A stretch of DNA of 47,703 nt from a virus (taxonomy: Duplodnaviria; Caudoviricetes). Of the stretch, positions 19,426 to 27,680 are shown piece after piece. Both the position numbers and the translations under genes were made by a program. The stretch is taken from positions 1 to 47,703 of IMG/VR virus record IMGVR_UViG_3300005573_000132; one strand, given 5' to 3'. Each line of letters opens with the position of its first letter. Within the stretch, counting starts at the first letter, position 1. Below the pieces are notes generated by a model. The model was not told where the DNA came from, did no database searches, and was given only the letters and a program-made list of their open reading frames with translations.

Positions 19426-20595
19426 GAACAGATCCGTGCCGAAATCCCATGCCATCACCCGCGGATCATGCAGCTGCCAGGTATCGGCATTGCCCGGCAG
19501 CATGCCGCGCCACCACGGGGTTCTCAGCGCATTCAGGTACTTCGCCTCGTCGGCGTTCTTGGCCTGCTCCAGCCCTTCCCGGAACCGCAGTTCGTAATGA
19601 TCCGCCAGGGCTGGATTGTAGTAAGGGTCCTTTGGTCCTTGCCGGAACCGGAAGGCGTCCGCCAGCGCTCCGTAGACAAAGACGCTGGGGTTGATGAACC
19701 ACGGCGGCCGGTCGGTCTCCTGCTCCAGATCAGGCCACTGCTGGTAGTAGCGGTAGCTGAACTGCCGAACCGACAGCGGCGCTGGCCAGATCTCATAGAG
19801 CATGTTCCCCTGCTCATTTGGGCCGTAGTCGATCAGGCTGTAGTAGGGATTGCCGCCCACAAAGGTTCTGCGCGGGTCCCGGTAGTTGGCTTCCTCCACC
19901 GGAACGTGGAGGCGCACCGGGAAGCCGGTCTGATCGTCCTTCATGGCCAGGATCGCCTTCAGGTCCGGGGCCAACGTGACATACATGCTCAGAATCCGGT
20001 AGGAGACGTCCGAAACCGAGGCTCCGCCCCAAGGCTGCGTCAGAAGCAACTCGGTCGAAGAGACCACCGCGCGCACGGTGAAGACCGGGTACTGATCCGA
20101 AATCCGCAACTGCCGCCCGGCCAGGGAGGACTGGGTAACGGTCGAGCCCGTCGAGTGTGGGGACTCGAACTTTCCGATGAAGCTGCTCTTGCGCAGTTCC
20201 ACCACCGGGACCGCCTCGTAGGTTTCAGCGGCCTTCCCTATGTACAGGATGGAGTTCTCGGTGATGCCCGCCATCGAGCTCGGGAAAGCCTCCACGTAGC
20301 CGATGTCCGAGACCGCCTGAGACAAGGTGGTGTTCACCGCGTCCGAAACTGGCCAGAGGGTTCCGGAGCCGGTCACCGTCCGGCTGCCGCTGGTGAGGCT
20401 GATGGTTCCGGTGGTGTACGGCTCCGGAATCGCAAGGATGCCCTCCCGGATCAGGTCGGTCCAGTAGGTCCTGGCATCCAGCGCCTGGCGGATGCGCCAG
20501 TTGATCCAGCGCTTGATCTGCTCGGGCCCGACATTCGGACGCTGGTTCTTGATCTCGCCGATCATCGTCCCCAGATCATCTCGGAACTGAGACAT
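19423..20595 (-). CDS. Head-tail adaptor/tail tubular protein A-like, with inserted beta domains
   Basis: ATG 20595 with GGAGG; IKRWINWRIRQAL, YEIWPAP, FVYGALADAF. Confidence 0.6.
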   Translation of the reverse strand: MSQFRDDLGTMIGEIKNQRPNVGPEQIKRWINWRIRQALDARTYWTDLIREGILAIPEPYTTGTISLTSGSRTVTGSGTLWPVSDAVNTTLSQAVSDIGYVEAFPSSMAGITENSILYIGKAAETYEAVPVVELRKSSFIGKFESPHSTGSTVTQSSLAGRQLRISDQYPVFTVRAVVSSTELLLTQPWGGASVSDVSYRILSMYVTLAPDLKAILAMKDDQTGFPVRLHVPVEEANYRDPRRTFVGGNPYYSLIDYGPNEQGNMLYEIWPAPLSVRQFSYRYYQQWPDLEQETDRPPWFINPSVFVYGALADAFRFRQGPKDPYYNPALADHYELRFREGLEQAKNADEAKYLNALRTPWWRGMLPGNADTWQLHDPRVMAWDFGTDLF

Positions 20596-20607
20596 GCCGC
20601 CTCCAAC

Positions 20608-20654
20608 AAAAAGCGCCCAGCGGGGGCCGCCGCCGTGAAGCACCCCGCTGGGCG
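20608..20654 (-). terminator. Intrinsic terminator after the capsid operon
   Basis: 12-bp stem CGCCCAGCGGGG / CCCCGCTGGGCG followed by CTTTTTG on the minus strand. Confidence 0.7.
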
Positions 20655-20712
20655 AGTTCTCCCCGCAACCGAGAGACTTGAGCTGTGCCTGCGCTCAGAA
20701 AAACCGCTGCGC

Positions 20713-20979
20713 TTACGCTCCGGTGTAGCCCGTGTAGCCCGTGTAGCCCGTGTAGCCGGTTGGGCCAGGGAGCCCCTGACCAAAGCCGGTCCAGGTTCCA
20801 GGCGAGCCCGATGCGACACAGACCCAACCGATGTCGTTGGCGCCGGAAGGGGCCGTGTTCCACACAATATCCCCCCGCTGGTACGTGCCGTCGGTGGACA
20901 GCGTCGGAGGCCCGTCCCCGAAATACTCCCGGTATGGTCCCCCGGGATAGCGCTGCTTACTGTACGGATGAATCGCCAT
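20713..20979 (-). CDS. Small virion protein ending in a short collagen tail
   Basis: YQRGDIVWNTAPSG...GWVCVASGSPGTW then [20 protein letters not shown]. Confidence 0.7.
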   Translation of the reverse strand: MAIHPYSKQRYPGGPYREYFGDGPPTLSTDGTYQRGDIVWNTAPSGANDIGWVCVASGSPGTWTGFGQGLPGPTGYTGYTGYTGYTGA

Positions 20980-21000
20980 TCGCCATCCTCCTTTTGTTGA

Positions 21001-21441
21001 CTACAGACGATCCGCCGGTACGGTGATGTGCCAGTAGCACACGTCGATGTGGATCACGCCCGCCGTCGCGGCATTCACGTTTCCGCCGGTGGTGACGATC
21101 TGGGCATACATCGTGTCTTCGGCGTAGGTGATCGCCTTCGGGTTGGACGAGGAAATCTGGAACGTGCCATCGGCCACCGACTGGTAGACGTTGAAGGCAG
21201 CGGTGAACGATGTGGCGCTTCCAGCCGCCGAGCCCACGCTGACGGTGGCCGCGCTGATGGTCCCGCCGGCAACGGCCTGAGCGTGCTTGACTCGCACCCA
21301 CTGCACGATCGAACCCTTCGGCAGGGTCATCAGCGTGATGTCCTGCGAGGTGGATGCAGCGGTGAAGTCATCCTTGGTGATGGTGAACCGCTTAATGATC
21401 GGCCCGGTACCTAGAGCCGCCAGTAATTGAGTCTGAATCAT
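21001..21441 (-). CDS. Putative capsid decoration/cement protein
   Basis: 146 aa, beta-rich, immediately after the major capsid gene; LMTLPKGSIV...ATVSVG. Confidence 0.55.
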   Translation of the reverse strand: MIQTQLLAALGTGPIIKRFTITKDDFTAASTSQDITLMTLPKGSIVQWVRVKHAQAVAGGTISAATVSVGSAAGSATSFTAAFNVYQSVADGTFQISSSNPKAITYAEDTMYAQIVTTGGNVNAATAGVIHIDVCYWHITVPADRL

Positions 21442-21465
21442 CTCTTATCCTCCATCAGGCTCCGA

Positions 21466-22440
21466 TCAGAACAGCGTGGAGCTGGTGATCTTGAAGCACA
21501 GACGCGCCAGCGGCACGGTCAGCGTGGTTGCGCAGAGGAACTGCCCGGCCGCGTCGATGCCGTGCTGGGTGCCCTTGAACCCGGTGAACCCGAAGTTGAA
21601 CTCCGGCTTCACGCTGAAGAACCACTCCACAGCCTCGGAGTTGATCCCCCACATGCGGCCAGCGGTCCCTGTCGGCGCGTAGGGATCGACGACCACCTCG
21701 GCGCCGTTGAACCGCACCGCGATGAAGCCCGCGCGCGCTACATCAGATTCGCGGTCCACGTTCTGCTGCATCGGCTGGAGGCTGTTCCACAGCAGGTCCC
21801 AACCGTTTCTCGTGGCCACGATCAGGTCCACGCGCCGACTGCCGTTCCAGCTCTGTGTGATGGCCCGATTGAGCGCCATCAGACTGAAATTGGTGAGGGA
21901 AGCGGTGTAGGCGTTCATCCCACGAATGGTTCCCGCAGGAGCGATGTCCGCGCGGGTGATCCCTCCAATGGTGGGGAAGGTATTCCCGTCGTCGATCCAC
22001 TCCTCGAAGCCGACCAAGTTCCGGCTGCGGCCTCCGGTGCTGGACGGCAGGTACATGTCCGTCGCCAGCAGCTCCGCCATATACGCCGTTGCGTTGGCGA
22101 ATTTGGCGTTGACCTCCTTGAAGACCGCCGCCTCGCCGTCGTTGCTTATGGCATTGAAGCCGATGAGCGGAACATTGACCAAGTACAGCTTCATCGGAGT
22201 TTGCAACGCCGTCTCGGTCACGCGCACGTCAGGCGGAGCGCCCTCGCCGGGTCCCACTGCGCCGCCGGCCAGCTTTCCGACCATGATGGGCTGCTGGACC
22301 AATAGTCCGCCGCGGAACTGGTCCCTGCGCCGAGTGGAGAGCCGGACAAAGACCGGGCTCTCGAAGTACACCGTATCCCGCAATTTCGGCTGAATGAAAT
22401 TGTGGGTATAGGCATTGATGCCTTGAAGGGGTAGTGCCAT
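21466..22440 (-). CDS. Major capsid protein
   Basis: 324 aa after the scaffold; strong RBS; PKLRDTVYFESP, NLVGFEEWI...TIGGITR, GFIAVRFNGAEVVVDPYAPTG. Confidence 0.8.
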   Translation of the reverse strand: MALPLQGINAYTHNFIQPKLRDTVYFESPVFVRLSTRRRDQFRGGLLVQQPIMVGKLAGGAVGPGEGAPPDVRVTETALQTPMKLYLVNVPLIGFNAISNDGEAAVFKEVNAKFANATAYMAELLATDMYLPSSTGGRSRNLVGFEEWIDDGNTFPTIGGITRADIAPAGTIRGMNAYTASLTNFSLMALNRAITQSWNGSRRVDLIVATRNGWDLLWNSLQPMQQNVDRESDVARAGFIAVRFNGAEVVVDPYAPTGTAGRMWGINSEAVEWFFSVKPEFNFGFTGFKGTQHGIDAAGQFLCATTLTVPLARLCFKITSSTLF

Positions 22441-22468
22441 TCTCCCTCCTCCTTGTCTCCTTTAGCGT

Positions 22469-23272
22469 CTACTGCGTCGGCAGCACCCCCCGGCGCAGTG
22501 CTTCCACGCCTAAGGAGGCCAATGCCGGGTCTCGCAAATTCATCCCCTTGGCCCGCTCTTGCAGGTCTTGAGGGATTTCACCCTGGGGCACCGGCATATG
22601 GGTAACCCCAATAATCCCGCCCGAAGTGTCCGTAGGCAGGGCGTTTTGCCCGCCCATCGCCAGCTCCTGACGAGCCCGCTGCGCCCCGCGCTCTTCGGCC
22701 TCCTTCAGCAGCTGCTCCTGCTGCTTGGCCTGAATTTCCGCGCGTTTGGGCGCCACCATCTGCTCATACGCCACCTTCGGGTCCCGAACCCCGGTCCGAA
22801 CCATGTAATTCCACAGTTCGTTCGGATCCAGCGGCTCGCCAAACTCGTCTTTGTGCTTGAAGCCCAGGCCGTAGACCTGCCCGTAAAACGCCTGCATCCC
22901 GCTCAGAACCTGATTGGTCTGCTCCTGGTACTGCTTCAAGCGCTCGTCCAGAATCTTCTGCACTTCCGCATGGGAGAGCAGTCCAGCCCGCCGCGCGTCC
23001 TCCAGCAGGCTTGAGGCATGCTCGTCGCTCATGGAGCCTGGATTCGCCTCCAGTGCCTCCAGCCTAGCCTGCAATTCCTGCAATTGCTGCCTGGCGGCCC
23101 ACTCCCCGCGGGTCATCCCGTGCTCTTCGTCCCAGTTGGCTGCGTACCACTTGGCGTAGTCCACAGCCGCATTCTCCAGTTTCTCCATAGATTGCTTCAG
23201 CTCCGGGTACTTTTCCAGTACGGCCCGGTCGCTGTCTTCGGCTTTTGCGAGGATTTCTTCAAAGATTCCCAT
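22469..23272 (-). CDS. Putative capsid scaffolding protein
   Basis: Acidic coiled-coil protein directly upstream of the capsid gene. Confidence 0.6.
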   Translation of the reverse strand: MGIFEEILAKAEDSDRAVLEKYPELKQSMEKLENAAVDYAKWYAANWDEEHGMTRGEWAARQQLQELQARLEALEANPGSMSDEHASSLLEDARRAGLLSHAEVQKILDERLKQYQEQTNQVLSGMQAFYGQVYGLGFKHKDEFGEPLDPNELWNYMVRTGVRDPKVAYEQMVAPKRAEIQAKQQEQLLKEAEERGAQRARQELAMGGQNALPTDTSGGIIGVTHMPVPQGEIPQDLQERAKGMNLRDPALASLGVEALRRGVLPTQ

Positions 23273-23291
23273 CTTCTTTCTCCCTGTCGTT

Positions 23292-23687
23292 CTATCCTAC
23301 CGGCGGACCAGCGTAGACTCCGGGCGGCGGCGCCACGTTGGTTCCGGAAACCTTCGGGCCGGCTTGGCTGCGATCACGCATTTGGGCCAGCTCTGCACGT
23401 AATGCCAATCCTGCCTGAGCGATGGGGGTCAACAGCGCCACCAGGCTCGGCTGAACTTGATTCAGCAGGCGGCTCACTTCTCCAGCCCACTGCTCCAGCT
23501 CCGCCACTTTGGCCTCCAAGGCGCTGATGGGGTCCATCAGCCCTGGCTGGCCGGGACGGCCCAACATGGCGAAGTTGGGGATGCTTGCTGGACCGCCCGG
23601 GCCGACGACGCCGGCCGGGCTGGCCGCGGAAGCGATCTGCTGCGCAATCTGCGGAGGGAGGATAGGCGCTGGAGGAGTGGTCGCCAC
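23292..23687 (-). CDS. Hypothetical Pro/Gly/Ala-rich head protein
   Basis: AAGGAG RBS; capsid operon. Confidence 0.6.
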   Translation of the reverse strand: MATTPPAPILPPQIAQQIASAASPAGVVGPGGPASIPNFAMLGRPGQPGLMDPISALEAKVAELEQWAGEVSRLLNQVQPSLVALLTPIAQAGLALRAELAQMRDRSQAGPKVSGTNVAPPPGVYAGPPVG

Positions 23688-23696
23688 TGTGTCTCC

Positions 23697-23933
23697 TTAC
23701 GGGGTTTTGCTATCGTAGGGCGTTATCGGGTTCTTGCCGACTTTGACCTGAGTTCCGATCATGTCAATACCAGCATCGGAGCCCATCTTCTGCACCGGGC
23801 TTTGCGGCGTCAGCTTGGCGTCCACCTGCGTGCCAACCATGTCGATCTCGCCTCCGGCGCCCGGTTGTTGGTGCGGCTCAACCCCCATCTTGCCCATGTT
23901 CTGCTGGGTGCCAATCATCTCGATGTCTGCCAT
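23697..23933 (-). CDS. 78-aa protein with three I[DE]M[IV]GTQ repeats
   Basis: GGAGG RBS; first gene after the putative capsid promoter. Confidence 0.65.
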   Translation of the reverse strand: MADIEMIGTQQNMGKMGVEPHQQPGAGGEIDMVGTQVDAKLTPQSPVQKMGSDAGIDMIGTQVKVGKNPITPYDSKTP

Positions 23934-23944
23934 CGTTTTCCTCC

Positions 23945-24004
23945 GAAGGCGGAGAAATCTCCACCTTCATTTGTACGATACGCCATGAAAATAAGGCGAG
24001 TCAA
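23945..24004 (-). promoter_or_regulatory. Putative sigma70-like capsid-operon promoter and 5' hairpin
   Basis: TTGACT(24004-23999)-N18-TATCGT(23980-23975) in an AT-rich gap; hairpin GAAGGTGGAGA-TT-TCTCCGCCTTC (23945-23968) just before the RBS. Confidence 0.55.
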
Positions 24005-24086
24005 TAGAAAGTTTTGATTTTCACACGTTTACGCGATTTTCTTGACACACTGGGTGAGATTTGACTCGTTTACGCGTTGACTGCGC

Positions 24087-24551
24087 TCAGACTTGAGTTG
24101 ATAGGTAGTTCTCCAGGCCCATCATCTGAATGAGCGCCTGATGCTGTTCCAGGTGCTGAACATGGCGCTCTTCGTCCTGCAAGATCTCCGTCGCCAAGTC
24201 TCGTGTGCCATAGTCCCCAACGGACTCGGCGATATCGACCAGATCGGAGTAGGTCTGGACGGCCTTTTGTTCCAAGGCGAGCGCTCGCTCAATCTGATCT
24301 GGGAGCGCCGTGTCCAGGACGACCTCGGTTTCCTCCCCTGACGCTGGCTCCCCCTCCAGGAACAGAACGCGCTCCATGAGCTTGCCCATGTGCTCGATCT
24401 CCTCCATGGATTCCTGATGCCACGACTGGGCGGCCTTGGACAGGCCGATCCTCAGGAGGATCTTCGAGTTCACGTAGTACTGCTGAAACGCCTGCTGCTC
24501 TCCGACAATGGCCCGATTCAGGGCGTCAATGACTCTTTGGTTTCCCTTCAC
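24087..24551 (-). CDS. bfr: Bacterioferritin-family protein (ferroxidase centre intact, heme Met52 replaced by Ile)
   Basis: Collinear with E. coli Bfr: MKG start, E18, Y25, E51, H54, ERVLFLEG, E94, E127, H130, MGLENYL. Confidence 0.9.
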   Translation of the reverse strand: MKGNQRVIDALNRAIVGEQQAFQQYYVNSKILLRIGLSKAAQSWHQESMEEIEHMGKLMERVLFLEGEPASGEETEVVLDTALPDQIERALALEQKAVQTYSDLVDIAESVGDYGTRDLATEILQDEERHVQHLEQHQALIQMMGLENYLSTQV

Positions 24552-24729
24552 CTTTTGGCTCCTCTCGTTGGTTGGCGATGTGATATCTCTTACAGTCTGA
24601 GCAGAAGTACGCTCGGTAGTGGTAGCCGCCGCTGTTGCGGGACGCCATGTCCGCCGCCAGCTTTGCCACTTCGTAGTTCGGATAACTGCGCTTACCGGTG
24701 CAGGCTTTGCGTCCCATGCAGCATCCCAT
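24526..24729 (-). CDS. Small zinc-binding phage protein
   Basis: ATG 24729; CTGKRSY...RAYFCSDCKRYH. Confidence 0.55.
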   Translation of the reverse strand: MGCCMGRKACTGKRSYPNYEVAKLAADMASRNSGGYHYRAYFCSDCKRYHIANQREEPKGEGKPKSH

Positions 24730-24734
24730 CCGTT

Positions 24735-27680
24735 TTACGTCCTCACCCAAGACCTGTAAAAGTGGTGGAAGCCGATGGTCCTGGAGGTCCGCGTCACCCT
24801 GCCCGTCATGTGATCGAACGGCATGAACACCTCCGTCGGCAGGACCGTGATCTCGTTGGCTGGGTCGAACTTCGCCCGGTCCACCTCCTCGGTGAAGATG
24901 AACATTCCAGCCTCGAACACCACTCCGTCGTCCCCGCGATACTCCGTCCTCATCCGCTCTAGGATACGTCCGAGACTCGGATGCCCAGCCTCGGCGCCGA
25001 TCACGCTGTTGGCGTAAAAGCCGTTGCTCTCCCGGGTGCAGAACATCCGGTTCCACAGAAATTCCGGGGGGATCTCGGCGTAGAGTTCCTGATCGGCATC
25101 CAGGTAGACCCCGCCCTGATTCAGCAGCTCCCAGATCCGGACGTAATCAGCCGCCTTAACCCAATCCCGGGCCTCCAATGCTTTCTGGACGTACTCGTCC
25201 TGGCACTGAAGGTTCTCCCGGGTGATGAGCCGCCATTCCCACTCCCGCAGGTTCTCCTGCTGGCTCCTCAGGCACTTCTGGATCAGGTCCGGCATTGAGC
25301 CGTCCTCGCTGAACCAAATCGAGAACGCCCGGCGCGGGATCTTCCTGGGCTTGATGTTCCAGTAGATCGGGAAGCCATAGATCTGGGACCGGCGCCGAAG
25401 GAGCTCGCGGTCTTGCTGCACCTTCTCCGGGTCCCACCCAAGCCGGTAGGTCTCGTCCATCTCCGCCCCGATTGAGCAGTGATGGTGGTGGACCCTGGCT
25501 CGCTCGCACCAGACGTAGCGGCCCATGGACCGGCAGCGGCCGGTCAGTTCGTCGTCGCAGCCGACGTGGTTGTAGCCCAAGTGGAAGAGCTCGCCGCCGA
25601 GCAGGTCCACCAGCGGCCTGCCGGCCAGCCAATGCGTGGCGTTCTCTCCGCCGGTGTAGATGCCGTCATTGAGGCCGACCAGCCCGAGGTAGTCCGGGAA
25701 ATGGCGCAGCATGGCATAGACCGCCTCGCGCAGGAACTCCGGCTGAGGATCGCAGTCGGTGCCCAGGTACATCAGGAGTTCGCCTCGTGCCTTTTGTACG
25801 CCCTCTTTCACTAGGCGCGGGACTCCCTTCCGGTTGGGCGGCCAGTCGTCGTTCATCACCAGGACCTCGTAGAGCGGCCATCCGGCGTTCTCCTCGATCC
25901 TCTGGATCAGGTGTTGGAGCTGCTCTTCCCGCCCAAGGGTTGGGATGATGATGCTGACCATGGGCTCAGCAACGTACTTCCACCAGATGGTGTGATGCCT
26001 GCCCACGAGTCCGAACCGTTCGGTCACGGCTCGGCGCACGCCGGGCCATTCGGGCGCAAAGTCGTGCCCGGCGATCATAATCCGCGCTTTGGGCAGCCAG
26101 GCTTCGATGTCCCGCTTGACGTCTTCGTAGCGGTGGCTGGCGTCGATGAAGACCAGATCGAAAGACCGGTCCGGGACCTTCTCGGCGGCCTCGACGGAGT
26201 CCCCCCGGATGACCAGAAGGTTGTCAAACCTGCGCATGTTGGCCAGGAACTGACGGTAGATGGGGTCGCCCTCCTGCTTGGCCTCAGCGTGAGCCTGTTC
26301 CTCGCCTGGCGAGCCCCGGAAGTGGTCCACCGCGGTCACCATGCCGCGCTTGCAGCCGGAGCAGAGCGCATGGGTGGAGCGTCCCTTCCAACTGCCGATC
26401 TCCGCTACTGAAGCCATGGTCTGGGCAGTGCGATACAACCACAGCAGCTCTTCGAACCTCATCCAGCCTTCAATGCCGGGCTCGTGGTACTCGAAGTAGT
26501 AACGGGTGTCGCTCAGGTACTTGGGACTGAACGGCTTGTACTCCAGACACTTCAGCAGGTCCTCTCGGGCGCCGCTGACGTTCCCGATCCAGCCTCGCCC
26601 CCAGTAGCGTATCTCATGGGGCAGATCGCGGTACTCCTCGACTCGGTTGGCGTAGAAGGCGTGCCATGGCACCTCCAGCGCCGCAGCTGCGAAGGCGGCT
26701 GCCGCTATCGGCTTGTTGCTCCAGCGGTAGAACCCCGCCAGGCGCATCAGCGCCTCGCGGCGCGTGGGGTCGGTGTGGTAGGCCCGCATGTACCACTCCA
26801 CCTGCTCATTGGGGCGGTTCAGCATGCCGTGGCAGTCTCCGACATAGATCATCGACTGGGCCTTCTCCGCCGGCCAGCGGTCCATGGCGATGTGCCGCAG
26901 CAGCATCTGAATGGCGCTCTTCGGCCGCTTGGTGTAGAACAGCTCCCGGCCGAGGTAGTGGGCGTTACGGTCGTTGTCCGGATGCTTCCATACCTCCCAG
27001 CACAAGCCTGGCAGATAGTGCGAGCGAGGCTTGGTGAGGTCCTGCCAATGCTCGATCTTCAAAACGTTCTCCGGGAGCTGAACGCGACGGACTGCAACAT
27101 TCCGGTCAACCGGCTCCAGCACTTCGTGGATCACGCATTGAGGGTTCCAGCGCAGCAGCCTTCGATCGTACATCTTGCACTGGAGGAACTGAATGGCTGG
27201 CCGGCCCATCTCGTCATGGGCATAGACGAACAGGAACTCCAACTGACCGTAACCCTCTTCGATGTAGCGGTTCACTGCGTCGATGTCGAGCGCGGTGTAT
27301 TCCTCGTCGCAGTCCGGCATGGACACCACGTCGTTCGAGGCCAGCGAGGCCGCAAAGTTGCGAGCATCCGAGTAGCAGAAAAAGCGATCCCCCGTCGCCA
27401 CCACCGGAGGCTCGTCCTCCACCACAAACTCCCGGTTGAGCGCCTCGGCGGTCTCGGCGTCAATGGTGATGACAAAGCGGTCGCCGGCCTCTGTGACCTT
27501 GCAGCCCAGCTGCCGAGCCACCTCGGGGGTGCCGTCGGTGGAGCCCGTGTCGCAGAGCACGACCTCTCCGCCGCGCTCCAGGAACTCCCGCAGGGATCGC
27601 ATCAAGCGAGGCAAGGTCTTGGCCTCATTCTTTCCGATGAGCACCACGCTGAATTTCGGAGCTTGAGCCATATGAATCAC
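24735..27680 (-). CDS. Multidomain GT2 - TPR - SAM methyltransferase - GT2 - GT32(DxD) protein
   Basis: SVVLIGKNE/DTGSTDGT/DCDE; TPR-like helices; EIGSWKGRS/LVFIDASHRYE/GHDF; VSIIIPTLGR; KIPRRAFSIW/ADYVR/GGVYLDAD. Confidence 0.85.
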   Translation of the reverse strand: MIHMAQAPKFSVVLIGKNEAKTLPRLMRSLREFLERGGEVVLCDTGSTDGTPEVARQLGCKVTEAGDRFVITIDAETAEALNREFVVEDEPPVVATGDRFFCYSDARNFAASLASNDVVSMPDCDEEYTALDIDAVNRYIEEGYGQLEFLFVYAHDEMGRPAIQFLQCKMYDRRLLRWNPQCVIHEVLEPVDRNVAVRRVQLPENVLKIEHWQDLTKPRSHYLPGLCWEVWKHPDNDRNAHYLGRELFYTKRPKSAIQMLLRHIAMDRWPAEKAQSMIYVGDCHGMLNRPNEQVEWYMRAYHTDPTRREALMRLAGFYRWSNKPIAAAAFAAAALEVPWHAFYANRVEEYRDLPHEIRYWGRGWIGNVSGAREDLLKCLEYKPFSPKYLSDTRYYFEYHEPGIEGWMRFEELLWLYRTAQTMASVAEIGSWKGRSTHALCSGCKRGMVTAVDHFRGSPGEEQAHAEAKQEGDPIYRQFLANMRRFDNLLVIRGDSVEAAEKVPDRSFDLVFIDASHRYEDVKRDIEAWLPKARIMIAGHDFAPEWPGVRRAVTERFGLVGRHHTIWWKYVAEPMVSIIIPTLGREEQLQHLIQRIEENAGWPLYEVLVMNDDWPPNRKGVPRLVKEGVQKARGELLMYLGTDCDPQPEFLREAVYAMLRHFPDYLGLVGLNDGIYTGGENATHWLAGRPLVDLLGGELFHLGYNHVGCDDELTGRCRSMGRYVWCERARVHHHHCSIGAEMDETYRLGWDPEKVQQDRELLRRRSQIYGFPIYWNIKPRKIPRRAFSIWFSEDGSMPDLIQKCLRSQQENLREWEWRLITRENLQCQDEYVQKALEARDWVKAADYVRIWELLNQGGVYLDADQELYAEIPPEFLWNRMFCTRESNGFYANSVIGAEAGHPSLGRILERMRTEYRGDDGVVFEAGMFIFTEEVDRAKFDPANEITVLPTEVFMPFDHMTGRVTRTSRTIGFHHFYRSWVRT

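Noticed and set aside
21441-21470. Capsid read-through or frameshift extension (T7 10B-like)
   Set aside because: An in-frame TAA follows soon after the TGA, no slippery site is evident, and the next gene has its own RBS
21466-24551. Encapsulin system (ferritin-like cargo plus HK97 shell)
   Set aside because: The shell gene sits with portal, terminase, scaffold and tail genes, and Bfr has no cargo-loading extension. Its C-terminal STQV resembling the GTQV repeats is probably chance.
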